Shown: positions 1 through 14,100, counted from the first letter of the whole stretch. The stretch is DNA of 63,758 bases, filler included, from Lenisia limosa (GCA_001655205.1; 18 parts of 18 records of this genome joined end to end with filler, not necessarily neighbours in it); one strand, 5' to 3'. Notes: a model not told the origin generated them from the sequence alone. Numbers and translations: made by a program.

Positions 1-118
1 CAGCACAGCATCCCACCACTCCAGCGTACGGAGAGAGAGGTGATGACCTCATTAAACCTAATCAATTAAGGCATACCCCCCTCACATCAGGCACAAGGCA
101 GTACCACCGGTCCAGTAA

Positions 119-2299
119 AGACCTGAATTCACTGAAGAGCTTCAACGCTCCGGGGAGATCCGTGCTGGTATGTCATGTGGTTGGGGGAGGGGGGAATGAA
201 GGAAATTTACGAAAAATACAAAGACCAAAAAATCAACTCGGTTGACAACACACAGAATAACAACAAATCAAACAAAGAACAGACCAGTCGCTTTTACAGC
301 ACCGCGGTAAAATGATAGTTTGGGGGAGGAGGATAGACTTTATCCACAGGGAGCAATTGCAATTTCTACTAATACGTTTAAGGCAACTCTATGAAATTAT
401 TTATTTACCTAGATTTCTAATGTTCATTATTTCTCTTGTTCAAAAGAATAGTACAGAGGATTGAATTGTCAGGTTTCAAGAGGTTCATAGAAGAGATACT
501 ATTGGCGGACTCAGCTGAAATGAAAAGAACAACACTCCACACCTTGGATCCCCCCCCACTCCTTAACACCGTTCATATGCTCCATGATTTCTTCAATGAG
601 ATGGAAGTGGAAAGTCCGAATTGTGAGGTCAACAAAGTCCACGTGACTAAGAAGTTAGCGTGTGGCGGTGTAACAATGGGAAATTAAATAAAAACACAAG
701 CGTTAATGCCAGGAAAAAAACCAAATGATAAAAACACAAAAACATAGCCATTGGGAACAAACAAAGCCCAGACCAGTAGTTTCGTGGTGAAACACCATCA
801 GTGGAAGGAAGGGGAAGGAGACTGCACCCCCCCTTACTCATTGAAGCCGATAGCGAAGTTCGAAATGAGTTCCTCGGCCTAAACGGATGAGGCAAGAATG
901 CTAATAAAGGCATTGGAGGCTAATAAAGACATGTAAACTAATTAACAGCAAGAAGGTGAGTAGAACTGGTTACACAAAATGGCGTGTCAATTATCGTAAA
1001 GTAGAGCATATTATTAACATGGGGTATGCATAATTGGGAAATACAATGCTATGTTTTGTACACTCGGGTTTGTTTATGTTAAAGCAGATATGTTGCCCAG
1101 AAGTGACACGTCATGAGTTGTGATTTTCACCCATATCCTGGATCAAAATCAATTTTCACAAGTTAATATTTCATTTTTTAACTGATGAAAATTATGTGGA
1201 AGTTGACAGCATCCGAGCCAGCTAGTGGGTGATATACATGATTTGAGATGGTCCCCTGGTACCTCTTTTTTGAGAGAAGCACACACCACGGCCAATGTAA
1301 CGGAAAGAGATTCTACTGAGTAAAACAACAGGAAAAGTCAAAGCTAATATTGTATATCTAGCAACTGTCTTATATCTATCGGATATATATATGAATAGCT
1401 AAATATAATATTATAGAGTATTATTAACATATATACTGTAAATAAATATATATGATATGTTTCAACATTCAAGGGTGATGTCCTCCATGAGTTATTAGAT
1501 TATCCCCCCTCCCCTATTAATTTATCATCATAAGACAATAAATACACCCCACCCCACCGGGTATCATGGGTTCGGCCTCAGCACGGATCATCATATAACG
1601 GGACTCGAGGCCGGCCTAAATATTCAGTTCAGTTCATATGATATCATTTCAAATCAGACTATATCAGTGAAGATAAGCTTACAATTCCTCAGAACAGTTT
1701 TAATAACCTAATATCAGTGTAGTTCTCTGAAGGATAGTTCAGATCATTTCGGTGAATATATACATATTATATGTATTATATAGATTGACTTTACATCCAA
1801 AACATTCCTTGACATACCTTGATAAGCTGGGGAAGATCGTGGGATTCACAGGTGAAGTCTTGAAGCTCAATATAGAGAGAGACCTGGGGTGTTACATGTA
1901 TTATTTTTTAAGTAAATGAAATTTAATATACTGAAAAAGAGATAAGATTTGAACATTTAAAGTTATGATTCATTGATGAATAACGAGTGTTAACTCTTAA
2001 TCCTGTCCAGTTCAGTGACGTCATATTGCATCATCGACCTCACCAGATCTTGCAACTTTCCTTCGTGTGCATTTTCACCATCAGGGTAGAGAATCTGAAA
2101 TATGAATGTGATGAAAAAAATAAAACCACATCGTCCAAATACACCCCCCACCCCATGTAACGCAATGCAATGTCCATCATAATGTCCCCATTCCCACTCT
2201 GTACGCCATGAGTCTGTCTGCACAGAGGCTCAGAAGGGCCTTGCCTGAGGCAATATACTTATCCTCCGCGGCTTTGCAGAATCTCTTGATTTGATGTAA
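119..2299 (-). CDS. Partial multi-exon gene, unknown product
   Basis: GT-AG-bounded open segments on minus: LHQIKRFCKAAEDKYIASGKALLSLCADRLMAYR, ILYPDGENAHEGKLQDLVRSMMQY, SLYIELQDFTCESHDLPQLIK, AGLESRYMMIRAEAEPMIP, HVDFVDLTIRTFHFHLIEEIMEHMN (preceded by gctaac..ttag). No family recognised. Confidence 0.6.
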
Positions 2300-2399
2300 N
2301 NNNNNNNNNNNNNNNNNNNNNNNNNNNNNNNNNNNNNNNNNNNTTAATTAATTAANNNNNNNNNNNNNNNNNNNNNNNNNNNNNNNNNNNNNNNNNNNN
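2300..2399. other. Artificial contig-joining spacer (44 N + TTAATTAATTAA six-frame stop + 44 N); first of 17
   Basis: Identical 100-nt structure at 2300, 4880, 21316, 24164, 26027, 27259, 29436, 35368, 36788, 42640, 45268, 53513, 55114, 56424, 57679, 59395 and 60996. Confidence 0.98.
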
Positions 2400-2412
2400 G
2401 TTTTTTGTTTTT

Positions 2413-2505
2413 GTTTGTTTGGAGTTTCAGATTATTCGGTTCGTGATTAGTACCTTTACACCATTATTATTCATCGAAATTTCCTTCGTTTTCTTCCCCC
2501 CATAG
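2413..2505 (+). repeat. Intronic dispersed repeat family C (about 90 bp) ending at a 3-prime splice site
   Basis: tttgtttggagtttcagattattcggttcgtgattagtacctttacaccattattattcatcgaaatttccttcg + C-run + AG; clear copies at 21554-21660 (-) and 44817-44908 (-), degenerate copies at 2808 and 10628 (+). Confidence 0.85.
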
Positions 2506-2960
2506 GTCAATGGAGGTGCCGTACCAGCTTATAATCACTTCCACTGGACTGCTGAAAATTTGGCGTCAAAATCGCGCGGAGCGTGGATTGACATCCGCCT
2601 TAGTTTCCTTTGTCTTTGGTCACCGAAGGGCTGTGTTGCGGTGTAGCCCAAGGTGTTTCTTTATTTATTCTTTGCGTTTTTTTGAAATTGGGTTTGTTTG
2701 CCAGTCATATATTACATTGGCACCCTGCCAAATTCAAGGGGAGATTTTGGGGGGTCCAAAGTGATTGCTATTTGCTTTTAATGAAGTCCCTCCCCCCACC
2801 TCCCAGTTTGTTAGAAGTTTCAGATTATTCTGTTCTTGATTTCGTGCTTTTACGCCCTGTGAGACTGTGGGGGAATCAAAATTTAGTTCCCCGGTCCAAC
2901 CGTGGGTCCAGTCCAAGTCGTCCTTCCATGAAGGGCCCGGCTCGGGGAAAAAAAAAATGA
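2506..2960 (+). CDS. Possible 3-prime exon fragments of an unknown gene
   Basis: ccccatag acceptor at 2504-2505 followed by open VNGGAVPAYNHFHWTAENLASKSRGA and a GT; second possible exon near 2888. Confidence 0.35.
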
Positions 2961-3956
2961 ATGCAATCACTCTTGTATTAACCTTTTTTTCAATATTGAT
3001 ATGAAAGTAAACGTTTCAGCAATTTGACCATGTGAACATTATCCAACTCTGATATATAATTTGTGAAACCCGTCTTTCTTGGGTTTGTGGTTGGAATTCA
3101 CTGGTAAAATACCAGTAAATCCTATACCGTTGGGTGGATGCTGAATGGTGTCGTTGAGACGAACCTTTGTCGTCATCAACTTATCATAACCTTTGGTTTG
3201 TAGCGGGTATTTTGGAAACAACAGACCACTTTTCAGACTTGAGAATTTCTAATTTTGGCAACTGGTTTCCTCAAACAGCTATTTCCCTTCTTTCAAATTA
3301 TCTGATGATGACTTGCCCCCGCAGTCTTGCTCGGATGTTGTCCACTTCAGGATTACCACAAAATTTGAAAAACCGAAACAAAAAACAAATTGGAAATATT
3401 TGTGAATTTTGAACCAAGATCTACTGATGACGTGTCACTTCTGGATGACGAGCAATTTTACAACAGTGCTTCCTCTTTTATCTACTTTTAAGTTGTGAAG
3501 GGGTACGACAGCCGGCCAGCTGGGTTGAGGACGTCATAGGGATTCTCGCCCTCAAGATTGGAAACTGTGAGAATTGACAATATCCGAATCAGACTACCTT
3601 GACCTGACTGAGACACGCCTGTTTTAGTAGTTAATAGCTACATAATATATGTACAAAATGAGAAAAGTGTCACGGATATCACAAATAAATATGATGTTGT
3701 CATCTTGTTAGAACATGGAGGTAAAGTAATATCGTAGATAGGGGTCCAACCAAATAGACTAAATCCAGCGAAGTCCTAGGATAAAACAAAAAATTCCAAT
3801 AGTATTTCTAACAAGTATGATAGTGTGGACAGCTAGGGCAGAAATTTCTCCATTTCAAACAAATAAATAAATAACAATAAATAAACAATATCAAATCTCA
3901 AAATAACATAGAAACAAGCATTCGCATTGGGACAAAAACAGGACGTTTCCCTATTA

Positions 3957-4879
3957 CTACTCACTGTCTTCACTATCTTCTCCATCACTTTCACCGTCAA
4001 TGTGCACTTGAGGGTTTTCGTAATCCTACAAATGTCATGAATCAGTTAGCATTTTTTTATTTTTATTTTTTTATGATGTTTGTAATATTGGTATCATATT
4101 GTATCCAAGTGTCGCTAAATATAAGGGACTCAATGCAATCAAATTATAATGTATACTATACGTAAAAATATACCAATAAGAATTTAATAAAAAGGATGTA
4201 TCTGGCCAAAGCCGTCCACACCATGACGCTTATAGGAGATATTGGATTAATGCAATCAGGTAGTAGTAATAATAATAATAAATAATAATAATAATAAAAA
4301 AATCGCAAACCAGAATGGTGGCTCGGATTGTTTCAAGGGATTCTGTGAACTCTCCTTCTTCCATGCCTTCTCCAACGTACCAATGCACNNNNNNNNNNNN
4401 NNNNNNNNNNNNNNNNNNNNNNNNNNNNNNNNNNNNNNNNNNNNNNNNNNNNNNNNNNNNNNNNNNNNNNNNNNNNNNNNNNNNNNNNNNNNNNNNNNNN
4501 NNNNNNNNNNNNNNNNNNNNNNNNCACATCAAATAAGGCAATAAAATATTTACCCCAAATTAGCAAATACTGGACAGAAATATGTATTATACATACCTCA
4601 AATAGAATACACGGGTCATCCAAATATACATACCAAAATAGGAAACAATGACAAATCAAATATAGTCACACACACCACACAAATTGGTCAGAGTAGGTCT
4701 TTTAGACACTCTAGTATTTTTGCCACCCAACCCACTGGAATAAACCTTCACAAATTGGTCATAGTAAGTCTTGAGGACTTTGGCCATGCTTGTGCTATTG
4801 GACAAAACGGTGGTGGTTTGGCTTGGAGAGTTCTGGTCCCATGTTGTAACTGCGCACGGGATTTGGCTATTCATGCCTT
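3957..4879 (-). CDS. Divergent alpha-tubulin-like protein, C-terminal part (5-prime truncated by contig end)
   Basis: Exon 4388-4311 VHWYVGEGMEEGEFTESLETIRATIL; phase-0 intron 4310-4026; last exon 4025-3957 DYENPQVHIDGESDGEDSEDSE-stop; upstream exon KGMNSQIP..VLSNSTSMAK..QFVKVY aligns with the alpha-tubulin GINYQPP..MLSNTTAIAE..KFDLMY region. Confidence 0.8.
4165..4250 (-). repeat. Intronic dispersed repeat family E (about 80 bp)
   Basis: atccaatatctcctataagcgtcatggtgtggacggctttggccagatacatcc; copies at 22925-22985 (-), 34590-34660 (-), 54578-54650 (+). Confidence 0.75.
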
Positions 4880-4987
4880 NNNNNNNNNNNNNNNNNNNNN
4901 NNNNNNNNNNNNNNNNNNNNNNNTTAATTAATTAANNNNNNNNNNNNNNNNNNNNNNNNNNNNNNNNNNNNNNNNNNNNCCGCACCC

Positions 4988-5141
4988 CGGAGTGATGGGA
5001 TGCAGTGCTACAGAAGCGACTTGCCTGGCTGTTTGTTTTGTTGTCTCGTGTGTTGTCAGCCAACAGAGTTGATTTTGGGCTTTTTTTGTTTCATAAATGT
5101 CCGATTTTACTCCCCCTCCTAACCTGCCACTAACGTCATAG
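4988..5141 (+). repeat. Intronic dispersed repeat family B/D (about 150-190 bp) running to a 3-prime splice site
   Basis: ggagtgatgggatgcagtgctacagaagcgacttgcctggctgtttgtt..gtgtgttgtcagccaacagagttgattttgggctttttttt gtttcataaatgtccgattttactcccc (space added), then ctaac..ag; at least 13 copies in the window. Confidence 0.85.
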
Positions 5142-8100
5142 TACCAACCAACATACCCATCAGGCCCCGAACGAGGAGTCATTGTTCCTGCTTGTGAATT
5201 ACCTCCTCCTTTCAGGGTTCTCAGAAAACAGAGTAAGCCGTAGGGATTTCCTACTTTCGGTGGTTCCAAATTATTGTAATATGATTCGCTGTCCAGTTCT
5301 TGTGTAGCCGTCCTCACCTTTCCCCCCAGTTCTGGACGTCATTATTGCCGACCGACTGTCTGCGGATAATGACCTGAGGTCTCTCTTGATGCATGTGCCT
5401 CATGACAATCCAGAGTAAACAGGGCTGGGCTGTTTATGCAGTGAAAACGGGTTTACGGAGTTGGCATTACATATTCTGACAACACAGACTGGATTACCTC
5501 TGGGTGTGTGCCGTGTGTCGAGGTATTGCCCATGACCTTGAAGTTGACATCCCCCTCTAGTTAAACTGTTTTTATGTGAAGGTCCATTGTTTCGTGTGTC
5601 GTTGTATCATTGTACCATTAGGTTGTCTGTAGAATGAAATTTTATTCCAATAGCTGTGACTGGTAACACATTTTCGTTTTACATGTTTGTTTTTGGAAGG
5701 AGGGCTGGCAATTCATGTCATTATTTATCATATTGCCAACATATTGCATATCATATTATCATATCATGTAGTATCCATGATAGTGCAGCTCCACATTGAT
5801 ACCACACAAAATTGCCGCCGAAGGCCTCCTACACACGGCGGCCCCAATAATAAAACCCTAAAAAAAATTTATAAAGACTTCAAGAAATCGATGTTCCTTA
5901 CACCAACACCAATATCAACCAACACAATAGATTGCAATAATATCCGGCAACAACAGATTCTGCAACAAAACAGATAATGAGTTAGATAATGGGCTGAATC
6001 GACAGAAGCCAAGCCTATCCCAACCAGCCGACATGCCCGACCTTGATCGGTTTGATGACAGGGATTTCACGTTTGACACTTTCAAAAATGTGGAATCATC
6101 GCTGTCGAAGGGAACCGACACTTTTGCGTCAGATGAGGTCTTCGGTGCTGAGGTCAAGGCAACCCTCAAGTACCTTGTGGCCTTCTGGGTGATGATCATT
6201 GTTACTGAAGTCATCACATCGCACGTAGGCTCAACGTTTCCCTTTCGCTCACTCCTCCAGTCAATTTCTGTTCAAACTGGCCTATGCATGTTCAGTCTTC
6301 TGAGCAATATTCTGCTGGTCGCCTTGCCCTCTCTTGATACCATGAACAAGCAACTTGTTTCGGTTTTCTGGGGCCTTCAGGTACGCAATGGTCCTCTGAT
6401 TTGGGTGGAAACTATTGTTTCCTCTATTGTATTTCGATTTCTAGAGATTTCTCCAATAGTCTTTTCTCATCATTTTTTCACATATCTCTGACTTTGAGTC
6501 GAGATGATAATGAAGTAAAAAGTGGATACCATTTGTAGAATATCATTGAAACTTGTCTGCCTCTGAGTAGCGTGAGAAGAATCTCAAAATTAACCATCCA
6601 GTACACCATCTTCATCCTATGGTTCCTCTTGAACACACACTTTGCCTTCTCGTCACGCATTCCCCTCTGGATGAATGGTGCGCTCCACATCGGAGTAGCC
6701 ACCCTCAACCCGTCCATGACTCTGATGGCCTTCGTGACCCTCTGTGTAGGGGAGGGTGGTATCATTGCGGACATATTTCCACATCAAGTTGATTGTATTT
6801 GTTTATTCATCTTCTTAATAATACCAAATATTCTCGCATATAGTCTCAATTATAAGAGCAAAAGAGGTGATTGATTTTCACGCGTATTTGTTTACTATCT
6901 TTTTTTGTCTCCTGCTCTACTAAATTGCAGTTTCTCATCATTTGATACCTTTTATATCAGGATGTTGCTCACTCCCAACCATCACATCCGCACCTATCAT
7001 TATCACCATCAGATTATTTCAAGCACCATTGCTGCCATTCGTCTCACCAACCTCGGTGTTGTCCCCTTCATCACTGACGTGGGTCCCCGGGGTAAAAATA
7101 TAGTTGATATTGTACACTAGAACTGCAATAATGCGGTGCTGTGCAAACCCTTGAGTGTGTAAAGCGTTGAGGTGGTATTTTGGACTTATTAATTCCTATT
7201 TTTTTTTTCAGTTACTTCGAAGAAAAATGAACTACTCGATTGCTATTCATCAATTAGCTTATGACCTTCCTGGCGATACCCATCTTCTTCCGAATGATTC
7301 GCCGTGAGGGACTTTTTCAAAGGAACCACCATAGTCAAATGGTTGGTTGAAGTCTTTTTGCTTTGGTCTTGAAGGACAGGTCCCATAGCATTGTGGGTTA
7401 TTCGTGACCGAGAGGATATGATTACACTGAATGAAACAAAGTTCACAAGGACTCCCAAAGTGATATGATGCAGGTGAAGAAGTATCGACATGAGCTTTTT
7501 CGTCAGACAGGCTCCATATACCCAGACTTTGTCATGCCTTTTGTTGAATATGATACGCCGTACTACGTCAAATCCGAGCCTGAAATGGCGGTGGCCTGCT
7601 TCAACTTCCAACGCATGGTCTCTGTTTGCTTGGTGAGTGGGGCTCTGTTTGCTTGGTGAGTGGGGCGCTGTGTTTATTTATTGTTTTTTTGAGAAAGTTG
7701 ACCCAACCATATTCTGATAATTCAGAGTGACCGTGCCTATCTAACGCTCTCAAAAAACATTTTTGAAAGCCTTGAGCTGGTAGGAGCAGATTTTGAATGG
7801 CATGTTTTGAATGGTTTCTCCTTCGTTTCGCCACATATCGAAATCGATGGTTTTCTGGTTTCTTGTTCTGGGGGAAAAGAACTTCTTGATATTTATACTT
7901 TGTTTACAATGTCGCTTTGTTCACTGCCTAGATCGCATCAACACTGCCAGGACTTGTACTGGTGTCGCACAATGACACAACGTCGGTTGGATCTGAGAGC
8001 ATTTTTTTCATTGCTGTTTCTTCTAGTTGATGAAGCATACTCCACATATCCCTTTTGACATAGTAGAATGTACTTGGCATCGCTGTCAAACACCTTGGTG

Positions 8101-11100
8101 GCTCAGGCTGTTGCTATTCTCTCCGTAGGGAAACAATTATACCGCCAGTGTACTATGATATTGCTTGTTTTGTTATTTGCTTTCGCAGTGTCACAAAAGT
8201 TAAACCGATCAAATGAAGTACAAGATCAATGTTGTTTTTTTATATATTATTATTGTTATTATCATTCATTATCCTGGGATTTGTGGACCTTTGTACCAGT
8301 TTCTCCTTATACAACCTAGGCAGTAGACGTTTTCCTTGATATCAGCGCTGAACACTCCTGGCTGCATATACTGGTATGAATATGGTGTAGTCATCTTGTA
8401 CTTTAACTCATGTTAGTGCCACTTTTTCTCTTTTCTCTTTTTTGAATCAGAGAGAGGACTTTCTCAGCAAAATAGTTCGACGACTGTTCTTAAATCCCCC
8501 AAAATCAGTTCAATAAGACTCCTTTATCACCTTCTCTGATTGCTTTCTGAAGCAAAGTCGTCGAATGAAATATTAAGAAATCACAACTTCAGTATTACTG
8601 GTCCTATTCATTTTTTTAGATTAGCATGGTTGTTGGAGATCTCTCAGGTTGGTAGAAGTGTTCAACATTGGAAAATTTCTGACCCATTACCATTGTCAGA
8701 AACTATGCTCTGATTCTCCTTTTGTCTTATCATCAGTCACTATTGTATTGTAAATATCAGACTCTTTTCTTGTCTCTTGTTTACTATGCAGTTGGGCTTG
8801 TCGGTCTGATGAGGCCGATTGTGTACGTCAATGGCGAGGCTGCCGACATAGCCAAAAAGTCCGTGAAAACCCAGGAATCATCCCACATTTTGTTTTGTGT
8901 AAAATGTGAATCCATTTTGTTTAAAATAGCATACTATATGTAAAATATTACAAAATTCTGTATCAATCAATTTGTTAAATAATTGACGGGCCTTTGTTTT
9001 GTATCTTCGTTTTGTTCTCACATCCTCCCTCTCAGGTTCACACACTCCAAGTCTCTCTCACAGCCCAATGTGACTTGTTCGGCTTCATTCTTTGATACCC
9101 TCCCGACAACAAATCAGATCAACTTTAGAAGGATGCACGGTTGGGCATATAAGAAAGAAGGATGCACGGTTGGGCATATAAGAAGAAAAGTCAAAATCGA
9201 AATATTCTGGGTCTTATGGAATAGCCGTTTTGTTTTCGATCTTTCATCACACCCCCCCCTCCCAGAAGCCAACCCGCAGCAATACGCCTACTCCTCAGGG
9301 CCCNNNNNNNNNNNNNNNNNNNNNNNNNNNNNNNNNNNNNNNNNNNNNNNNNNNNNNNNNNNNNNNNNNNNNNNNNNNNNNNNNNNNNNNNNNNNNNNNN
9401 NNNNNNNNNNNNNNNNNNGCTCGAACTCACTCGTTTGATAAGATCCCCGATACTCTTTTTGAGATTACTGGAGGGAGACTCACGCTACCGCCTTGTTCGT
9501 GGAGGAATGTGTTTTGGAACTTTAAGGCTCTTCATGATATATATTTTGCTTTAACTGAAAACTTTATCTGTCTGGCATAACATAACCAAATAGCTCTGTA
9601 ATCTTGACCTCATACACATCTTGTTTCCTTCTCATCTTATTCAGCTTTGCGCTCTTCGTCCATCCCAAAGACTTCAAAAGGCTCTCCAGAATCCCCGAAA
9701 CACCAAAACTGGTCCCCCCTTCCCAGTATGCCAATGTTAGAACTTTCTGTCCATGTGGATATTATATTTGTCTCCGCCCCAGCTACCATCAATTACACAC
9801 CATGCCCAGGTACCAAGTCGCACGGATACTCGCCGCACCCGCCGAGCCCGCTATCATGGTCACCCCGTGTGCACTCCCCCAAAGTAAGTCGTGTTGCGAT
9901 TTTGGGCTTCGTGTCAACCGAAATTTGTTCGGAAATCTATAGGACCGAGAGGAATCCTTGGGACATTGGGAAAGAATTTCAGATGAGGGTAAACCGTTTT
10001 GTTTATCTTTCAGAGATCGGAGTCACCGAAAGGATCGCCACTTTCCAAAGACCCATCACGGTGGGGGGATGTTAAATGCAAGCACATGTTTTTATCTTAG
10101 TTTTGATATTGTGTTGTAAAGTCATGAGGCCACCCTCTTATAAATCTCAGATACTGCAAAATCGTTGTTTGCATCATGTGGACAATAGGTTGATCAGTTT
10201 TATTAGCCAGTAAAGTTGTTTTTGTTTTTTTCAAACCTTTTCGCTTTACCGGTGTCAGGTCCACAACAGAACCAACACGCAAAAGAAGCAGTAGCGCCAC
10301 GTCCCAACGGAGTGTTGATGCCTCAGCTTCAGCAGCTAGTGGGCCATATGATTGTTTGAACATCCCTTCTGTTATGCATTTTTCTTACCTCTCTCTCTCC
10401 CTCCGGATTGCACCCACTTGATTACACTGCATCATATTACCCCCCCCCCCCCNNNNNNNNNNNNNNNNNNNNNNNNNNNNNNNNNNNNNNNNNNNNNNNN
10501 NNNNNNNNNNNNNNNNNNNNNNNNNNTGTGTGTGCCTGTGTTTTTATCATATTAATTTGCGCTATTAAGCACCCATGTAAGTGCTCCATGTTTTTAAGTG
10601 CTTTCTTTGTTTTGCATTTCGCTCTGTTTTTGGAGTTTGTGACTAGGACCTTCACGTCACTATTCACCGATATTTCCTTCGTTTGTTTCTCAAATTTTTG
10701 GCCCCGCTATTTTTTTTTTTTTCATAAACTTCCTTCATTATAACACCCCTAGCCCGGTCGAACCTCCACCGCCTCTCCGACCGACGCCCTTCACAGCTCA
10801 TGGTACGCCTCTCATATAGATTGTTTGGGATGAATCGTAACTAACCGCTGATATGCTCAAGTTGTACCCTTGTAGAAATATTGATATCAGAGTGAGAGGT
10901 GACTACCTGTCATAAATGCGGTGCAGGTGCCGTTTTGTTTGCTTCGTTTTGTTTTTGTTTTTTTTTCAAATCTGTCTGTGAAAATACGTTTGTATTGTGT
11001 CATAAATGGATTTCTTCGGAGTCAAACTCACATCAAAGATTATTGAAGAGCCCTCAGAGCCCAAGGAAAGTGTTGAGAAAAAAAGGCCATATGTCACGGG

Positions 11101-14100
11101 CGAGCCAACTTCGCCCGCCAATGTATCAATGTGAGCCTCATCGTGCTCCCTGTTTCCCTATGTCCCAATCACTTTTTTTTGTTTTTTTCTGCAGGATATT
11201 TGTGGAGTACTCTGAATTTTTCGATAAATCCAATCATTTTGTTTTGCCAAACACTGAGGCGAAGTTTTACTCCCAAGCGGGCATACAGAGAAGAACTACG
11301 CATCATATGACCGGGCACGAAGCAAAGTTGTCCTTTCTTTCCGAGTTGGGAGGGGTCCTTGCCTAATCTCCCTGATACTTGATGCGAAAATACCATTTTA
11401 ATAATACGCAGATCAGCTTCCTCGTTGAGTTGATCGCCGTGATGGGCGGACTCAAAAACACGGCGCACTCGGGTTCGCTCAGGGGTTGTGAGACATACAT
11501 ATCATATTCTACTGCAATTAATTGCAATTATTTTTATTTTGGAAAAATTAATTGCATGCAAGTAATTGCAGCTGTCGATTAATTGCACGGCACCCTATTT
11601 ATCCCTCTAGACCGATACGGCTTCGTGGGATATTATTATGAGCTTTTGATAGAGAATGGGCGTGTATAAAGGGTTTAAAAGTTGACGTCCTTTCACACAC
11701 CCTTGCTCACCTGCTTTTCAGGTTATACTGCGTATATGATCCATGTTGCCCTGCTCTTGGCTGGGGTTATTTGGGTCGTTGCGATCATGAGGAGCTACCA
11801 TCGCTACTACGTAGGCTGACTGGGTGTCTCTTTGCTACGTCATGGCATATCAAATGTCTTTTACCGCCTCAGCTGGACTTCCCTTTTGTGGTCATTTGCT
11901 CAGTGATTTCCCTGACCATTTGGAACCTTGGCTTCTCTCAGGAAACGTTTGACCTGAATAAAGGTGTGCACTGCTCCTAAGAGTTTCTAAAATGTTGCTA
12001 AATGTGGTTTATATTATGACTGATGTTGTATACTCGGAGGGGTGTATCAATAGTTCCGAGACAATTGTTACGTTATCAGAAGGGCACACGCTGGTTGAGT
12101 ACTCTGTCCTGCCAGTCATGATGAAGGCGACTCTGTCCACCCTCATCCTTCGTCCAAAGCATCGCAAAGTACGTGGCCTTTTACATACATGCAGACATAT
12201 GATATTATATAGCTACAGTATAATATATATGATGTATTCTTTGGATTGTATCAGCAATATCCTGTAATTTTCACAATGAAAATGAAAGTCCAATTGCAGT
12301 CTTTTTTTTATGGTTTTTTATTTTAGTTAATTTGATCAATCTTCTACATATTGTTCTGATGAACTCAGATGCTCATCTCAGTGTTCATTTCGCTCACGTC
12401 TCTTATCTTCGTTTTCACAGAGGATACGTGGGAGCCTTTTCTCATTCATGGTGAGTGCTTATCTGGTTTTTAACTCATTGGCAAATGATTGGGTTATTCC
12501 AGAGTTCAGATCCTGATATACATTGCTTTTATCCCACTTATACAAATTTAAAGTTTTTGTAATTTGTCAGGAATAGCAATATACTATATAGTATACTAAT
12601 ATATTATATATTCTATCATATATCATATACTATACATATAATATGCTAATTATATATATTCCTTATTACACCTCTGACTATCTTGGTAAGCGGTAATGGC
12701 TTGTGACTGTAGTCGTCAGTATGTTGTAAGAGATGGATAATCAATCAACCTTGTATTTATTTTATTTATTTGCTTTATTCGAAGTTGTATACTCAAAGAT
12801 TGATGTTGTATAAAGCCACAATAGAGTGTCGGGAGGACAACCGTGTTGGACTTCCCGTGTTGAAGGTCTAAAGACCAAAACACCAGCCCACCATGGAATC
12901 TATTTATATCTCATACAAAGTTAATAACCAGTTAGGGAATGTGGAGGGAGGGGCTCAAAAATTTGACGATAGAGGCTCTATAAGTGAATGTAGAGTATAA
13001 ATCAAAACAGGGTGACTTGGATAGTCCGTGAATTGATTTTCGAAATAAGGGTAATCTTAGTTCTTATGTTTTGTTTCTACGCAACCTTTGTCTGTTATTT
13101 CTGAAATAATACCGTTGTTAAACACACTTCTGCATTTAAAACTTTTTTTTTTATGCATTTCACAATTCCACATCTGCCACACGTGATGGAGGGTAATAGT
13201 GATAGATTTATAGGACATTAATCCAATTACCGCCACCCCAGCCTCCCTCCTTGCCACCCTTGTGTTTTGGGGCGTTCTGCTCTCCAACATGTTTGACGCG
13301 ATCACACAGTCCAACTATCTCATATCCACGCTTCTCTTCAAGACGTCAATCAAGAACCTNNNNNNNNNNNNNNNNNNNNNNNNNNNNNNNNNNNNNNNNN
13401 NNNNNNNNNNNNNNNNNNNNNNNNNNNNNNNNNNNGCGGGGGGGGGGTGACAGAATTAGGTTTTAAGTTTACGGGCGCGTGAAGCAAAGGAGGAGTTTGT
13501 ACTTTGAGGTCTATGTACCAGCTACTTTGTTGTATTTTGACACCTCCAGCTCCTTTTACACGTTCCTGCTCCCTTTGCCCTCTTATGCCTTCAATCCCCT
13601 GAAGACAGCCTCTCGTCCATCGCTTACACCAAAAACTGCTTCGTTTATGTGAGCAATACTCTGGGTTTCTGTACTGTCCACATTCCTTTCCACTCGTCAA
13701 TCCGCTGGGAATCGTCAACTGAGATATTTATTAAAACAATAAAAGGTGTCCCTAAACTTGAAAAATGGAAAATAATCGGATACAATCGGATTTAATGCTG
13801 CTGACATATACATATCTATATATATATGCATATAAGTCAGCCATTCCAACTTTTGCTCAGTCATCCAAGCAAACTTGACAAAAATGAAGCTCTCCTTGCA
13901 GCAGTTGTCATTACTTAGGTTGATATGAAGCCTTTGGGCAAATTGTTTCGCCAGCTTCCAGCTAATGCGGTGAGTGTATTAATCAAATTTCAGAGGGAAA
14001 TACGCAGTTTTTCATCATGCTGTGTGCTCTTCTTGATTAACACCCCAGGCCTGTCTTCTCACTACTCTGGTGTTTGACATCCTGCTGCTTTTGAGTACAA

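Noticed and set aside
2030-2095. Glycogen phosphorylase similarity (ILYPDGENAHEGK-LQDLVR)
   Set aside because: The conserved ELRLKQ(E/Q)YF block is missing and neighbouring exons show no phosphorylase motifs.
11285-11296. U6 snRNA ACAGAGA box (ATACAGAGAAGA)
   Set aside because: Only 12 nt match, inside a putative exon, with no flanking U6 sequence.
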